Shown piece by piece: positions 49,279 to 60,037 of a DNA stretch of 64,000 nt. This DNA comes from an uncultured bacterium (GTDB lineage: Bacteria; Oederibacteriota; Oederibacteriia; Oederibacteriales; Oederibacteriaceae). The stretch is taken from contig OZ218778.1 in NCBI GenBank assembly GCA_965112635.1, positions 288,001-352,000 on the forward strand. The letters are read 5' to 3'. The notes under the pieces are model-generated. The model saw only the letters and a list, made by a program, of their open reading frames with translations. It was not told the DNA's origin and ran no database searches. How positions within the stretch are numbered: position 1 is the first letter of the stretch; the number at the start of each line of letters is the position of its first letter. The position numbers were made by a program, and so were the translations under genes.

Positions 49279-51021
49279 TTAGTCTAAAAACCCTTTTAAT
49301 TTTTTGCTTCTATTGGGATGTCTCAATTTTCTCAAAGCCTTGGCTTCTATCTGACGCACACGCTCCCTCGTTACATGGAAGATCTCGCCCACTTCTTCAA
49401 GGGTGTGGGGATAGGTGTTCTCGCCAATCCCAAAACGCAGCCTCAAGATCTCCGCCTCCCGGTCTTTAAGGGATGAAAGCACCTTGGCGATCTGCTCTTT
49501 CAAGATGACATAGGAAACGGCCGTGGAAGGCGAAACCGCCTCTTTATCCTCGATAAAGTCGCCTAAATGGCTATCTTTTTCTTCGCCGATAGGTGTTTCC
49601 AGGGAGATGGGCTCTTGGGCTATCTTCAAGATCCCCCGCACCTTTTCCACGGGGATACGCATCCTGGCGGCGATCTCCTCAGGGGTTGGTTCCTTGCCAA
49701 ATTTTTGGACCAAGCTGCGGGAAGTGCGGATCAGTTTGTTGATCGTCTCGATCATATGGACAGGGATACGGATGGTGCGGGCCTGGTCCGCGATGGCCCT
49801 GGTGATAGCCTGCCTGATCCACCAGGTCGCGTAGGTGCTAAATTTATAACCGCGGCGGTACTCGAATTTCTCCACAGCGCGCATCAGTCCGATGTTGCCT
49901 TCCTGGATAAGATCAAGGAATTGTAAACCGCGGTTGGTGTATTTTTTGGCGATGCTGACCACCAGCCTCAGGTTGGCTTCGACCAGCTCCATCTTGGCTT
50001 TATAAGTGTAACGTTCCCCTTCTTCGATCTTGATCCCCAGGCCTTTAAGAACATTTAAGGGATACTCGGCTTCCCTTTCTAAACTTCTGAATCTGCGTTC
50101 AATGTTCTGTAAGGTCTGCTGGAGGGTCAGCCATTCCTCCGCAGTCATCCCGCCGTGTGCGACAGCCTTTCTTGAACGGCTGCTTTTTCTCAAATCGGCG
50201 ACCGTCCGGCTGATCTCTTCGGGGGTAAGCTTCACCTTGTCCAGCAATAATTTCTTTTCTTTTTCCAGCTGAACGACGCGGTTGGCGATGCCCTTGATGC
50301 GGGCCACGATCTTGCCGATTTCCCTGTCGCTGAGATTCATGGCCGTGATGATGCCGATAACGACCTTGCGAACCTGGTTTTCTTTGTCCCTCAGTTTGTT
50401 CGTACCCTTGGCCTTGATTCTCTTCTGGATATCGACCAGCTTGCACCAGGTCAGGCGCAAACGTTTCAGTTGCTTTTTCAGCTGCTTAAAATATTTGCGC
50501 TTTATTCTTGGAGGGACTTCCATCTCACTGTCGATCTTTAACCCTTCGGTCAGGGGAACTTTCTCGCTTAAAATATCCACGACCAGGTTTTCCACAGCAC
50601 GGATGGTCAACTGGGCGCTAAAAGTGGCGTTCTGAACCTTTTGCTGGCCCGATTCGATGCGTTTGGCCAGGTTGACTTCCTGTTCCCTGGTCAGCAGGGG
50701 GACCTTACCCATCTCACGCAAATAAAATCGAACGGGGTCATCATCAGTGGAGGCAACCTCCACCAAGGTGGGAGTTTCATCGCGCTCGATCTCCGAGGTA
50801 GCCGCTTCGACGACCGTCTTCTCGACTTTCTTGTCATCTTTGCTGGAATCAACGATATCAATATCCATCTCGCCGAGCATGGTAAGGATATCGTCAATCT
50901 GATCCGATGAAATGACTTCCTCGGGAAGGATATCGTTCACTTCCTGATAAGTGAGGAAGCCCTTCTCTTTGCCCATTTCAATAAGTTGTTCGATTTCACC
51001 GCTTCGCTGGCCCTTCTTCAT
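49279..51021 (-). CDS. rpoD: RNA polymerase sigma factor RpoD
   Basis: Region 1.1, [46 protein letters not shown]. Confidence 0.98.
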   Translation of the reverse strand: MKKGQRSGEIEQLIEMGKEKGFLTYQEVNDILPEEVISSDQIDDILTMLGEMDIDIVDSSKDDKKVEKTVVEAATSEIERDETPTLVEVASTDDDPVRFYLREMGKVPLLTREQEVNLAKRIESGQQKVQNATFSAQLTIRAVENLVVDILSEKVPLTEGLKIDSEMEVPPRIKRKYFKQLKKQLKRLRLTWCKLVDIQKRIKAKGTNKLRDKENQVRKVVIGIITAMNLSDREIGKIVARIKGIANRVVQLEKEKKLLLDKVKLTPEEISRTVADLRKSSRSRKAVAHGGMTAEEWLTLQQTLQNIERRFRSLEREAEYPLNVLKGLGIKIEEGERYTYKAKMELVEANLRLVVSIAKKYTNRGLQFLDLIQEGNIGLMRAVEKFEYRRGYKFSTYATWWIRQAITRAIADQARTIRIPVHMIETINKLIRTSRSLVQKFGKEPTPEEIAARMRIPVEKVRGILKIAQEPISLETPIGEEKDSHLGDFIEDKEAVSPSTAVSYVILKEQIAKVLSSLKDREAEILRLRFGIGENTYPHTLEEVGEIFHVTRERVRQIEAKALRKLRHPNRSKKLKGFLD

Positions 51022-51075
51022 CTAACCTCCCAGAAACCATTAAACCTTTTTCGTCGAATAAATTTGCTCATAGCA

Positions 51076-52833
51076 TTAATTACGGGTTATTAAAAGATGC
51101 TGATAATCGCTCAATAGCTTGTGGAGTTTTTCTTGATCTCCTGTCTTTGCAGCTTCGGAGATCTGGTGTTTAAGTTCGCTTTTGATCTTGCGCTGGCCTA
51201 AACCTTTCAAGGTGCCCACAACCTCCTTGACGGCCTTGTCGATGTCATCGTATTTATTTTCTTCTAATAATTCTTTGGATATTTGCTTCATCAAGGCGGG
51301 ATTTTCCTCAAGCGCCGACAGGACCGAAGAGACGTTGATCGCTCCCTTTTCCTTGTAGGCTTTCTCCATCATCATAAAAATGTCCCTGTAAATATCGCTC
51401 TTAAAGTCACCGGCCGCCACCTGGTCCATGACGACCCTGATATATTCCGGATGGCTGATCAGCATCAGGACCAACTCCTTTTCGGCGAGGAAAGAATTTG
51501 AATTTTCTGTTTGAATATTCGATAAAACCTCTCTTTTCACATTGGCGATATTGCTAAAACCTTTGCTGAGAGTTTCTTTGGATATGCTCAGCCTCTCAGA
51601 AATGATCTTGAGGAACTCATCCTGTTCGATTTTATTTTCGACCTTTTCCAGAATAGGGAACAGCTCATCCAGCAGCTTGAGTTTATCCTCGATCCCGGGA
51701 TTGGGTAGCTTCTCAAAAGCACGATCAAAACAAAAATCGACAATGGAAGAGGCATTCTGTATCTTGCTCGCCAGCTCTTGGCTTGAAAATTTCTTTAGGA
51801 ATTCGTCCGGGTCTTTGGCTTCTTTGAGCAATACGAATTTTGGCCGCAGCGCCTGCTCAACCAATAAAGTGCCGCTCCGCTTGGCTGCCTTGATCCCCGC
51901 CTCGTCGCTGTCATACATTAAAAGGGCTTGCCGGGTGTATTTCTTCAGGAGCCGTACCTGGTTTTCGGTCAATGCCGTGCCTAAGGGAGCGACGGCGTAG
52001 GTAAATCCGGCCTGATGGCAGGCAAGCACGTCAAAATAACCTTCAACGATCAACGCCCTCTCCTGTTTTTGGACGGCATCTCTGGCTTGATAAAGGCCAT
52101 AAAGATGGTCTCCTTTTGTAAAAATAACCGATTCGGAAGAATTTAAATATTTCGGGAGCGAGTCATCCAAAGCTCTGCCCCCAAAAGCCACGATTTTTCC
52201 GTAAGAATTAAAAATCGGGAATAATACCCTTCCCCTAAAAGCATCAACCCAATCGTGATGATACTGACTGTAAACGGACAGCCCGGATTTTTTGACGATA
52301 TCCATGGAAAATTTCTTCTCCATGGCATGTTGCAGGAACTTTTTCCCCTGGGAAGGAGCATAACCCAGCTTGAATGCTTGGGTGATGTTTTCGTGGATCT
52401 TACGTTGTGCAAAATAATCTCTCGCCACTCCCGCAGAAGCATCCTGGCTCAAATATTGCTGATAAAAAAGGCTGGCTTCCTCATATAATTTATAGATCAA
52501 CTGTTTTTCTTCGTATGCCTTCTGCTCCTGTGGACTGTAATTGATTTCTCGGATCGGAACATGGGCCTTTTCGGCGAGGAATCTGACTGCTTCCTGGAAA
52601 TCCAGATGTTCTATTTTCATGATAAAAGTGAAAACGCTCCCCCCCTCTCCGCAACCAAAACAATGGTAGGCCTGCTTAGTTTGGCTGACAGAGAAAGAAG
52701 GGGTCTTCTCGACATGGAAAGGGCATAAACCTTTATGTTGGTTTCCAGCTTTCTTTAAGGCAACATAACCCGAAATTAATTCGACAATATCAATTTGACT
52801 CTTAATTTTTTCAATGATGTCTTGGGGAAACAT
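51076..52833 (-). CDS. dnaG: DNA primase
   Basis: CPFHVEKTPSF Zn finger, KYLNS, VEGYFDV, TOPRIM YDSDEAG, KDPDE. Confidence 0.98.
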   Translation of the reverse strand: MFPQDIIEKIKSQIDIVELISGYVALKKAGNQHKGLCPFHVEKTPSFSVSQTKQAYHCFGCGEGGSVFTFIMKIEHLDFQEAVRFLAEKAHVPIREINYSPQEQKAYEEKQLIYKLYEEASLFYQQYLSQDASAGVARDYFAQRKIHENITQAFKLGYAPSQGKKFLQHAMEKKFSMDIVKKSGLSVYSQYHHDWVDAFRGRVLFPIFNSYGKIVAFGGRALDDSLPKYLNSSESVIFTKGDHLYGLYQARDAVQKQERALIVEGYFDVLACHQAGFTYAVAPLGTALTENQVRLLKKYTRQALLMYDSDEAGIKAAKRSGTLLVEQALRPKFVLLKEAKDPDEFLKKFSSQELASKIQNASSIVDFCFDRAFEKLPNPGIEDKLKLLDELFPILEKVENKIEQDEFLKIISERLSISKETLSKGFSNIANVKREVLSNIQTENSNSFLAEKELVLMLISHPEYIRVVMDQVAAGDFKSDIYRDIFMMMEKAYKEKGAINVSSVLSALEENPALMKQISKELLEENKYDDIDKAVKEVVGTLKGLGQRKIKSELKHQISEAAKTGDQEKLHKLLSDYQHLLITRN

Positions 52834-53025
52834 TATGTCACTCCTTTTAACACACAGAAGAAACAGGAAAAAATCTACACTGGAAAAAACTCCTTAATTC
52901 TTGTATTTTTGCTGAAAAAAACAAGAATTCGTTCCTTTTTTCGATTCTCCCGTCATACTTTAGTGACAGTTATCTTTAGCCACAATTAAGAGCTTGCTAA
53001 ACCGGTAAGAAAAAATGAAGGAGGA

Positions 53026-53223
53026 TTATTGACTTAACAGCCTATTTCTTGCCTGGGCTTTTCTGGCTGCAGCTGCTTGTTTTCTTTTCCGCCTGACTCT
53101 GGGAGGTTCGTAATACTCTCTTTTCCTCATCTCCGTAAGTAGACCCGCGTCCTGGACCTTCTTTTTAAATTTTTTTAGGGCTATTTCAAAAGATTCGTGC
53201 TCCTTGACCTTAACTTCGGCCAT
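53026..53223 (-). CDS. rpsU: 30S ribosomal protein S21
   Basis: [21 protein letters not shown]; upstream of dnaG-rpoD. Confidence 0.96.
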   Translation of the reverse strand: MAEVKVKEHESFEIALKKFKKKVQDAGLLTEMRKREYYEPPRVRRKRKQAAAARKAQARNRLLSQ

Positions 53224-53475
53224 GCTACTCCTTCCACTTGGTCTGACTAACCTTCTCTACACTTAAAACAGACTGAATTTACATAAAATTTCTAAATAGA
53301 GACAAATTAAGTCATTATATAGCATACGTTTTTTCCAAAGTCAAGAATGGGCTTAAGCGCTTTAAATCCTATATTCAAAATATTTCTTAAGTTTTTGGAA
53401 AGGTTTAAAAAGGAAATTCATGAAATGAATTAAGTTAAGCAATATCAACGTTTTTTAAATATTCTTATCAAAGAA

Positions 53476-53829
53476 TTACCCGGGAGGCCAACCCATCATC
53501 CTGCCACCCAAAACATGGAGGTGGATGTGCATAACATCCTGGCCCCCCAATTTATTGCAGTTAAGAATAGCACGAAATCCATCTTGAGCAATTTTTTGTT
53601 GTGCGGCAATTTTAGACGCCACACGCATCATTTTACCCAACAAAACGTCCTCCGATTCACCAACATCCATTAAGGTGCTTATATGACAGGAAGGCACTAC
53701 TAAAAAATGGACTGGGGCTTGGGGATGAATATCCCTGAACGCTACCACTTCCTCATCACGATAAATAATATCTGCAGGAATCGCTCCTTTCACAATTCGG
53801 CAAAAAAGACAATCTGGTTGGTGATCCGT
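53476..53829 (-). CDS. Histidine triad (HIT) nucleotide-binding protein, apparent ACG start
   Basis: HIHLHVLGG motif and WPPG end; in-frame DCLFCRI lies upstream of the track's GTG 53793. Confidence 0.9.
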   Translation of the reverse strand, partial: TDHQPDCLFCRIVKGAIPADIIYRDEEVVAFRDIHPQAPVHFLVVPSCHISTLMDVGESEDVLLGKMMRVASKIAAQQKIAQDGFRAILNCNKLGGQDVMHIHLHVLGGRMMGWPPG

Positions 53830-53905
53830 GGTATTTCCTCCCCAAATAAATTGTTTTAAAAAAATAAGAACTTCACCTAGGTGGGAAAATTGAGAGAAAC
53901 TTCGA

Positions 53906-55069
53906 TTAGGCGTTTATCTTCTTAACCGTCTCGTTTAAAGCTAATTTTAATAAACCAAAAGAAGCATTGACATCTGCCACAACATTTAATATTCCCTTTT
54001 TAGTTTCCATCAAAATGATTTGGGATGCTTCTGAACATATGATGATTAATCCCACGCCACCCCACTGCATTCTCATGGTAACACCAGCAGTCTTTTTGAA
54101 AAGCTGAATACCGGCTTCCCCGGCTCCCTTTTCATCCATACCTTTTACGAACGCATTGACGACCACCTGACCCGTCGGGGTGACAAGCATGCTACCCAAG
54201 ATGCCGCTTTTTTTGTTGAGGTCTTGTAAAATCGCTTCTAAATTAGAATCGAACGAAACAGGGGGGTTAGCCACAGCCACCTCTTGTGCCGGAACTTTCT
54301 GCTCCTTTACCGGCTCAGTGGCCTTAGGGGCAGCAGCGGGTTCCGAGGGCTCTCCTTTTTCATAGATCATACCACCGAGTGTTTTCATAACACTCAATAG
54401 ATCATCCCCAGTAATATTATCGGATTCGAAAGAGGCCCTAGAGGTTTCTGTAAACATACCTGGAAGGGATGATTCTTTGGAGGGTGTTGCTAATTGAACG
54501 ACAGGTTCTTTAGCAATATTACTTTCTTGCTGAACGCTTTCTTTTTTTACTTCCTCTGCTTTACCTTCTTCTTTTTTAACTGGTTCTTTAACGGGTTCCT
54601 TTGGAGCTGACTTCTTCTTTTCGTTTTTGGATGATTCAACCTGCTCCGGAACAATCCCCAATTTAGCCTGAACCTCAGCCATAAGACTTTGAATAGCGGT
54701 ATTATCCGGGTTGATACCCAATATCCAATCGCATTCTTGAAGAACTTTTTCTAGCTCACCTTGAATATTAAAAATATTGGCTATATAACTCCTGGCCAAA
54801 ATATTATTCGGCTCAATTTCAATGACTTTCTTGAACTCAGCTAAGGCTTCTGCATACATTCTTTTTTCCATATAGGCCCTGCCAATACATACTCTGGCGC
54901 TCATATAGGTAGGATGAATGACCAAGCCCTTTTGACAAACCTCAATAGCCTCGTCCCACATGCCATTTTTTCTATAGGTTTCTGCTAGAGGAAGAAAAAC
55001 TAATGATTCGGGATTTTGCTCTAATTTCTTCTGATATTCTTCGATTTCAGCGCGGGGGTCTTTAGGCAC
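53906..55069 (-). CDS. TPR + low-complexity linker + roadblock domain protein
   Basis: N-terminal TPRs (FLPLAETYRK..), EK/P-rich linker, C-terminal GILGSMLVTPTGQVV..FGLLKL. Confidence 0.82.
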   Translation of the reverse strand: MPKDPRAEIEEYQKKLEQNPESLVFLPLAETYRKNGMWDEAIEVCQKGLVIHPTYMSARVCIGRAYMEKRMYAEALAEFKKVIEIEPNNILARSYIANIFNIQGELEKVLQECDWILGINPDNTAIQSLMAEVQAKLGIVPEQVESSKNEKKKSAPKEPVKEPVKKEEGKAEEVKKESVQQESNIAKEPVVQLATPSKESSLPGMFTETSRASFESDNITGDDLLSVMKTLGGMIYEKGEPSEPAAAPKATEPVKEQKVPAQEVAVANPPVSFDSNLEAILQDLNKKSGILGSMLVTPTGQVVVNAFVKGMDEKGAGEAGIQLFKKTAGVTMRMQWGGVGLIIICSEASQIILMETKKGILNVVADVNASFGLLKLALNETVKKINA

Positions 55070-55077
55070 TTATCCTC

Positions 55078-56167
55078 CTAAGAACAGCACTCTTTTAAAA
55101 CTGCATGGCAAATACTTTTTGGCGGGTTTTTAAGCAGTATAACATGGCCAATTTGGCGTGTCAATATAAGGCAAATTGCACCTAATCGCACCTTCTTATC
55201 CAATCGCATGGCATTCTCGATCCTCCCCACCGAACAGTTTCGGGCTTCAGTAGGCAATCCCACTGCTTTTAGAAGGTTAATGATTCTGTCTTTAACGTCT
55301 TTGGAACACAATCCCAACTCACAAGATAATTTGGAGGCAAAAACCATCCCTATAGAAATGGCTTCCCCATGGCTGAATTCCTTTGTAACCACTCACGGTT
55401 TCAATAGCATGCCCTACGGTATGGCCAAAATTTAAAAAGGCTCTTTTTCCTTTTTCTTCTCTCTCGTCCTTTTCAACAATCCTGGCTTTAATGAGACTTG
55501 TCCTCCAGATAATATGCTCCATAACGCTTGCTTTCAATTTGAGGATATCTTGGACATGGTTTTCAATGAATAAAAAGAGGTCTGGATCTCCAACCACGGC
55601 GCTTTTAATAATTTCAGCTAAACCATTTCTTATTTCCCTAAGGGGCAAGCTTTTCAAATACCCTAGTGAACTAAAAACTAAACGGGGCTGGTAAAAGCAA
55701 CCGATCATATTCTTTCCGCTGGGATGATCGATGGCAACTTTGCCTCCGATGCTGGAGTCAACCTGGGCCAAAAGAGAAGTGGGAACTTGTACCAACGGCA
55801 TTCCTCTTCGATAAGTTGCGGCGACAAATCCCCCCAAATCACCGACTACCCCCCCACCCATGGCCACGAATGTGGCACCCTGGTCCACCTTGGCGCGGAG
55901 CAGCCTACTATAAAGAAAGCATGCCATCTTCCATGATTTTGTTCTCTCCCCTTCTGGCACCAATATAACCTCGATCCGTGAGCCCTGCTTCCTGATAAAT
56001 TTCTCAAGTTGTCTGCCATATAAATCATAGAGCCGCGGATGAGTTAACAGCACAATCCAGTGATGTGCTGCCTGTTTTTTTAGTACTCCTATCAATTGGT
56101 TATTTGTAAATGCGCCCACATAAATAGGATATGAGTTGTTCTTTAAATTAACCCTAATTGTTTTCAT
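55078..56167 (-). pseudogene. aroB: 3-dehydroquinate synthase with a +1 frameshift at about 55383 (likely sequencing error)
   Basis: GGGVVGDLGGF, PTSLLAQVDSSIGGK, LNFGHTVGHAIE; removing one A from TACAAAGGAA restores YKEFSHGEAISIGM. Confidence 0.92.
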
Positions 56168-56679
56168 GTATAGCCCTTCTTACGCACTGCCCCTATAATT
56201 TTATTGATAACCTGGCTTATGGTTTTGCCAGACGTAACCACGGAAAAATCAGCCATAGCATAATATTTCTCCCGAGCCTTAAATAATTTACGGACTACTT
56301 GTTCAATATTGCCTCTCAGCAAAGGCCTGGTCCGATTACTATCCTTCAGCCTTCGTAAGATCTCGCCTATCGAAGCCTTAAGGCGGATACTTATCGCCAA
56401 CCTTCGTATGGCCAACCTGTTTTTTCCCACTAAAATAATGCCGCCACCTGTTGCTAAAACAACGCCTGATTCTTTTAAAATATTACACAGAACCCTTGAT
56501 TCTAATTTTCTGAAATATTTTTCCCCTTTTTCTTCGAAAATATCCGAAACTGAGCGACCCTCCCTTTTTTCGATTAGCGCATCCGTATCAAAAAATCTCA
56601 AATTTAATTTTTTCGCTAGTCGCTTGCCAACGAGGGTCTTTCCAGTAGCCATAAATCCAATTAATACAATGTTTTTCAT
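56164..56679 (-). CDS. aroK: Shikimate kinase
   Basis: LIGFMATGKT, GEKYFRKLE, ATGGG, RPLL. Confidence 0.96.
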   Translation of the reverse strand: MKNIVLIGFMATGKTLVGKRLAKKLNLRFFDTDALIEKREGRSVSDIFEEKGEKYFRKLESRVLCNILKESGVVLATGGGIILVGKNRLAIRRLAISIRLKASIGEILRRLKDSNRTRPLLRGNIEQVVRKLFKAREKYYAMADFSVVTSGKTISQVINKIIGAVRKKGYT

Positions 56680-56686
56680 GAGGTAG

Positions 56687-57847
56687 CTAAAAGGTTTCGA
56701 GCTGATGGACGTAATGCTTAAAGTTTTGCTTCATTTCAAAAAGAGAGTCTCCCCCAAATTTTTCCCTCATTGCTTTGGCGATCTCGATGGCGACTACAGC
56801 CTCGCCAATGACCGAAGCTGAAGGGACAGCGCATACATCTGAACGCTCCATCGAAGCTTTTTGAACTTTCTTGGTATGAATATCCACCGAATTCAAAGGT
56901 TTCATGAGCGTAGAGATGGGCTTCATGGCCGCCCGGATCACGATGGTTTGTCCGTTAGACATTCCGCCCTCAATGCCCCCTGCTCCATTGGTTTTGCGAT
57001 AAAACAATCGCTTGCTTGGATGATAATAAATAGCATCGTGGACTCTGGAACCTGGCAATTGGCCGGCTTGAAAACCTAATCCAACATCAACTCCTTTGAT
57101 GGCTTGGATACTCATCAAAGCCCTGGCAATATTCCCATCCAGTTTATCTTCCCAATGTGTATAGGAACCCAAACCTACCGGGACATTTACAACTAAGATT
57201 TCAATCACCCCGCCTAGCGCATCTCCTGCTCTTTTCATTTTTTCAATAAGATTCATCGCCCTTTTCTCTGCATTTTTATCTGCCATCCTCACGGGGGACA
57301 AGTCAGCAGTCTTCTGGATTTGTAGGGGATTCAAATGAGTTTTTGAAACAACGTCCCCTATCCTCACAACATGGCTGACAACCTGGATGGAATATTCACA
57401 CAATAGTTTTTTTGCGCATGCTCCTACAGCCGTGCGCACGGCCGTCTCTCTTGCGCTTGCCCTTTCTAAAACATCACGGATGTCATTCAATCTATATTTC
57501 AAAACACCAGCCAGGTCAGCATGACCCGGACGAGGTCGAGTCACAGGCTTGATTTTTGCTTGTGACCCACCCTCAACCCTCATGATTTCCTGCCAATGCG
57601 CCCAATCATGATTATCGATTTCTAGGGCTACAGGGCTTCCAAGGGTTTTGCCAAACCGGACCCCGGAAAGAATCCTAACCTGGTCTTTTTCGATAGTCAT
57701 CCTTTGGCCCCTTCCAAATCCTCTTTGCCTTCTTTCCAGTTCCGGATTGATATCTTGGGCCGACAGGCATAGACCTGAAGGAAGCCCTTGGATAATGGCC
57801 AAAAGAGACTGGCCGTGGGATTCTCCAGCGGTGATATAGGAAAACAT
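56687..57847 (-). CDS. aroC: Chorismate synthase
   Basis: TAGESHG, RPRPGHADLAG, ERASARETA, GGIEGGMSNG, ERSDVCAVP. Confidence 0.97.
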   Translation of the reverse strand: MFSYITAGESHGQSLLAIIQGLPSGLCLSAQDINPELERRQRGFGRGQRMTIEKDQVRILSGVRFGKTLGSPVALEIDNHDWAHWQEIMRVEGGSQAKIKPVTRPRPGHADLAGVLKYRLNDIRDVLERASARETAVRTAVGACAKKLLCEYSIQVVSHVVRIGDVVSKTHLNPLQIQKTADLSPVRMADKNAEKRAMNLIEKMKRAGDALGGVIEILVVNVPVGLGSYTHWEDKLDGNIARALMSIQAIKGVDVGLGFQAGQLPGSRVHDAIYYHPSKRLFYRKTNGAGGIEGGMSNGQTIVIRAAMKPISTLMKPLNSVDIHTKKVQKASMERSDVCAVPSASVIGEAVVAIEIAKAMREKFGGDSLFEMKQNFKHYVHQLETF

Positions 57848-57864
57848 TTTTTGCTCCTTAATAG

Positions 57865-57901
57865 AACAGGCAGGCTCTCAAAACATCATGGCCTGCCTGT
57901 T
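57865..57901. other. Intergenic stem-loop between pilQ and aroC
   Basis: AACAGGCAGGC/GCCTGCCTGTT with no strong U-tract; possibly an mRNA stability or attenuation element. Confidence 0.4.
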
Positions 57902-57937
57902 TCTCAATAGACGATTCTTCAACACTTATATTTATCT

Positions 57938-60037
57938 CTATTTGATAATATGAGGTGTCAAGAATATAAGTAACTCGATCTTCTCCTTGGTAACTGAGCT
58001 ACCTTTAAATAACATGCCAAGTAAAGGAATATCGCCTAGAACAGGGATCTTATATTCCTGTTTTTGGTCCTGATCCTTGATCATACCTCCAATAACAATG
58101 GTTTGACCATCCTGGACAGCCACAACACTGGTCACCGCCCTAGAATTGGTGGGGGGCGGACCATTGGCAATCGCGGCGCCGGTCTGAGAAACCACATTCA
58201 CAGTTAGAGGATGCAACGTGACCGTCTTATCATCGTTGCCAATCTCTGGTTGAATGCTTAAGGAAATCGGCAAATTTAAAAAATTAACGGTCTGAGTAGT
58301 TATAGTTTCAGGAGGATTCCCAGTGCTGGTGGTTGTCGGCACTCCCAAATAAGGAATGGTATCTTGGATAGTAAAATTAGCCAGGGTTCGGTCGAGAGCT
58401 GCAATTTTGGGGGTAGAAAGAATATTCGCTGTTCCTACTGACTCCATAGCAGCAAGCTGGGTAGAAAGGGCATGAGTATCTTGAATGCTTCCTATATTCA
58501 AATACGAAGTCATTGCATTACTGGCAATACTATTGTTACTCAGAAATGCGGTAGTGGGGTTCGCAGTTTGAAGGTTGCCCTGTGGTCCGTTAGTTAATTT
58601 CCAATTGATTCCCAAATCAGTTTCTTTATTCAGAGATACCTCAACTAACATCGCCTCGATCATAACTTGCTTCAAGGGGATATCCAATTGTTTGATCAAA
58701 CTTTCAATGGCAGGCATATTGTCAACAATATCTGTGACCACCAAACTGTTTGTTCTGGGATCGATCACCACCTTGCCATTTGAACCTTTTGACATAACAG
58801 AACCCTTAAGGATATCTGCGATCCGCTGCAAATTCGTTACATTCCAATCTTGAGCAGCACCGCCAGTCAGAACAGGGTCAGTGCTGGGAAAATTGAGGGT
58901 GAACACGCGGGTCACGATTGTTCCGGATGGCTCACTGTTTTGCGAAGCCTTTTTCTGAGTTGCCTGGCCAGAGGTGGCGCTCTGTACAGATCCTTTTTTT
59001 ATTGGTATCGCTAAGGCTCCTAGATCCACCATCGTTTCTTTTATTACTTCAAGATCATCGTCGGTACCTTTTAAAATAATATTGTTATTGGTTGTATCGG
59101 CGGTTAATTTGCCAACCCCAGTTTTGAGAACAGTGGAAAGCTGTCCCTGCAAAGTGCTAACATCTGCATTTTGTATAGTCAGCACTTCTGTGCTCTGGGG
59201 CAAAAGAGCTTTTTGAGCGGCAAGATCTTGCGCCATCCCCACATAAATCATACCTCTTTGAACATCAAAGTCATAATTTCCTGTTATTTGACCTACCACC
59301 ATACCTAAGGCCTCGAGAACCGTTACTTTGTCCGCCTTCACGGTTATCAACAAGCCTTGTATACTCTTATTGATAGTAATACCCAACCCTGCCTCAGCAG
59401 CCAAACCTGTTAACACCCCCGTAGCTTCCCCGCTTGTCACATCCAGAGAGACTAATTTCTTCAGCTTTTTCTGAGTAGCTTGGGGAGACAAGGGAACAAC
59501 TTCTGACGGTAGCGCCTCAAAGCCAAGATCCGACTTGCTCTTTTCTTCCTTTTTAACCGCAAAGAACAGCTGTGTGTCTGTTTGAAAAACTTGGTAAGCC
59601 ATAGCCTGTGTTAACTGAACAACCACCTTCACTTCCGCAGGAACTTTAATAACAGTATTAGTTACAGAGACGATATCCCCTTCGGAACTAGTCAATTCTA
59701 AAGGAGGGCCCATTAAAACCGCCTGGGGAATATTCAAAACTACTTGGTTCTTGGCAGCGCCTTTGGTCACCGTATATTTCAAATGGCTATCGCTGGTGAT
59801 CACCAGCTGAGACACTTCCTCTAGCTCCCTAATCTCCATATCCGTGATCTTAATAAGTTCAACTTCAGAACCTGTCGCTGGCGTTAATGCGGAAGAAGGT
59901 TTTGCAACTGCAACGGCCGCCTGGATCTGACAAACCTCTGTCAATAACATCAGCACTAATAATGTGAAAATTAATTCCACACCAGTATTGGTAATGCCCA
60001 AACCTTTTCTCTCCAGCCTCCCTTTCACCTGCATCAC
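57938..60037 (-). CDS. pilQ: Type IV pilus secretin
   Basis: AMIN-like N-terminus, IDPRTNSLVV, QVMIEAMLVEV, DGQTIVIGG, KIPVLGDIPLLGMLF, LLIFLTPHII. Confidence 0.93.
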   Translation of the reverse strand: MMQVKGRLERKGLGITNTGVELIFTLLVLMLLTEVCQIQAAVAVAKPSSALTPATGSEVELIKITDMEIRELEEVSQLVITSDSHLKYTVTKGAAKNQVVLNIPQAVLMGPPLELTSSEGDIVSVTNTVIKVPAEVKVVVQLTQAMAYQVFQTDTQLFFAVKKEEKSKSDLGFEALPSEVVPLSPQATQKKLKKLVSLDVTSGEATGVLTGLAAEAGLGITINKSIQGLLITVKADKVTVLEALGMVVGQITGNYDFDVQRGMIYVGMAQDLAAQKALLPQSTEVLTIQNADVSTLQGQLSTVLKTGVGKLTADTTNNNIILKGTDDDLEVIKETMVDLGALAIPIKKGSVQSATSGQATQKKASQNSEPSGTIVTRVFTLNFPSTDPVLTGGAAQDWNVTNLQRIADILKGSVMSKGSNGKVVIDPRTNSLVVTDIVDNMPAIESLIKQLDIPLKQVMIEAMLVEVSLNKETDLGINWKLTNGPQGNLQTANPTTAFLSNNSIASNAMTSYLNIGSIQDTHALSTQLAAMESVGTANILSTPKIAALDRTLANFTIQDTIPYLGVPTTTSTGNPPETITTQTVNFLNLPISLSIQPEIGNDDKTVTLHPLTVNVVSQTGAAIANGPPPTNSRAVTSVVAVQDGQTIVIGGMIKDQDQKQEYKIPVLGDIPLLGMLFKGSSVTKEKIELLIFLTPHIIK

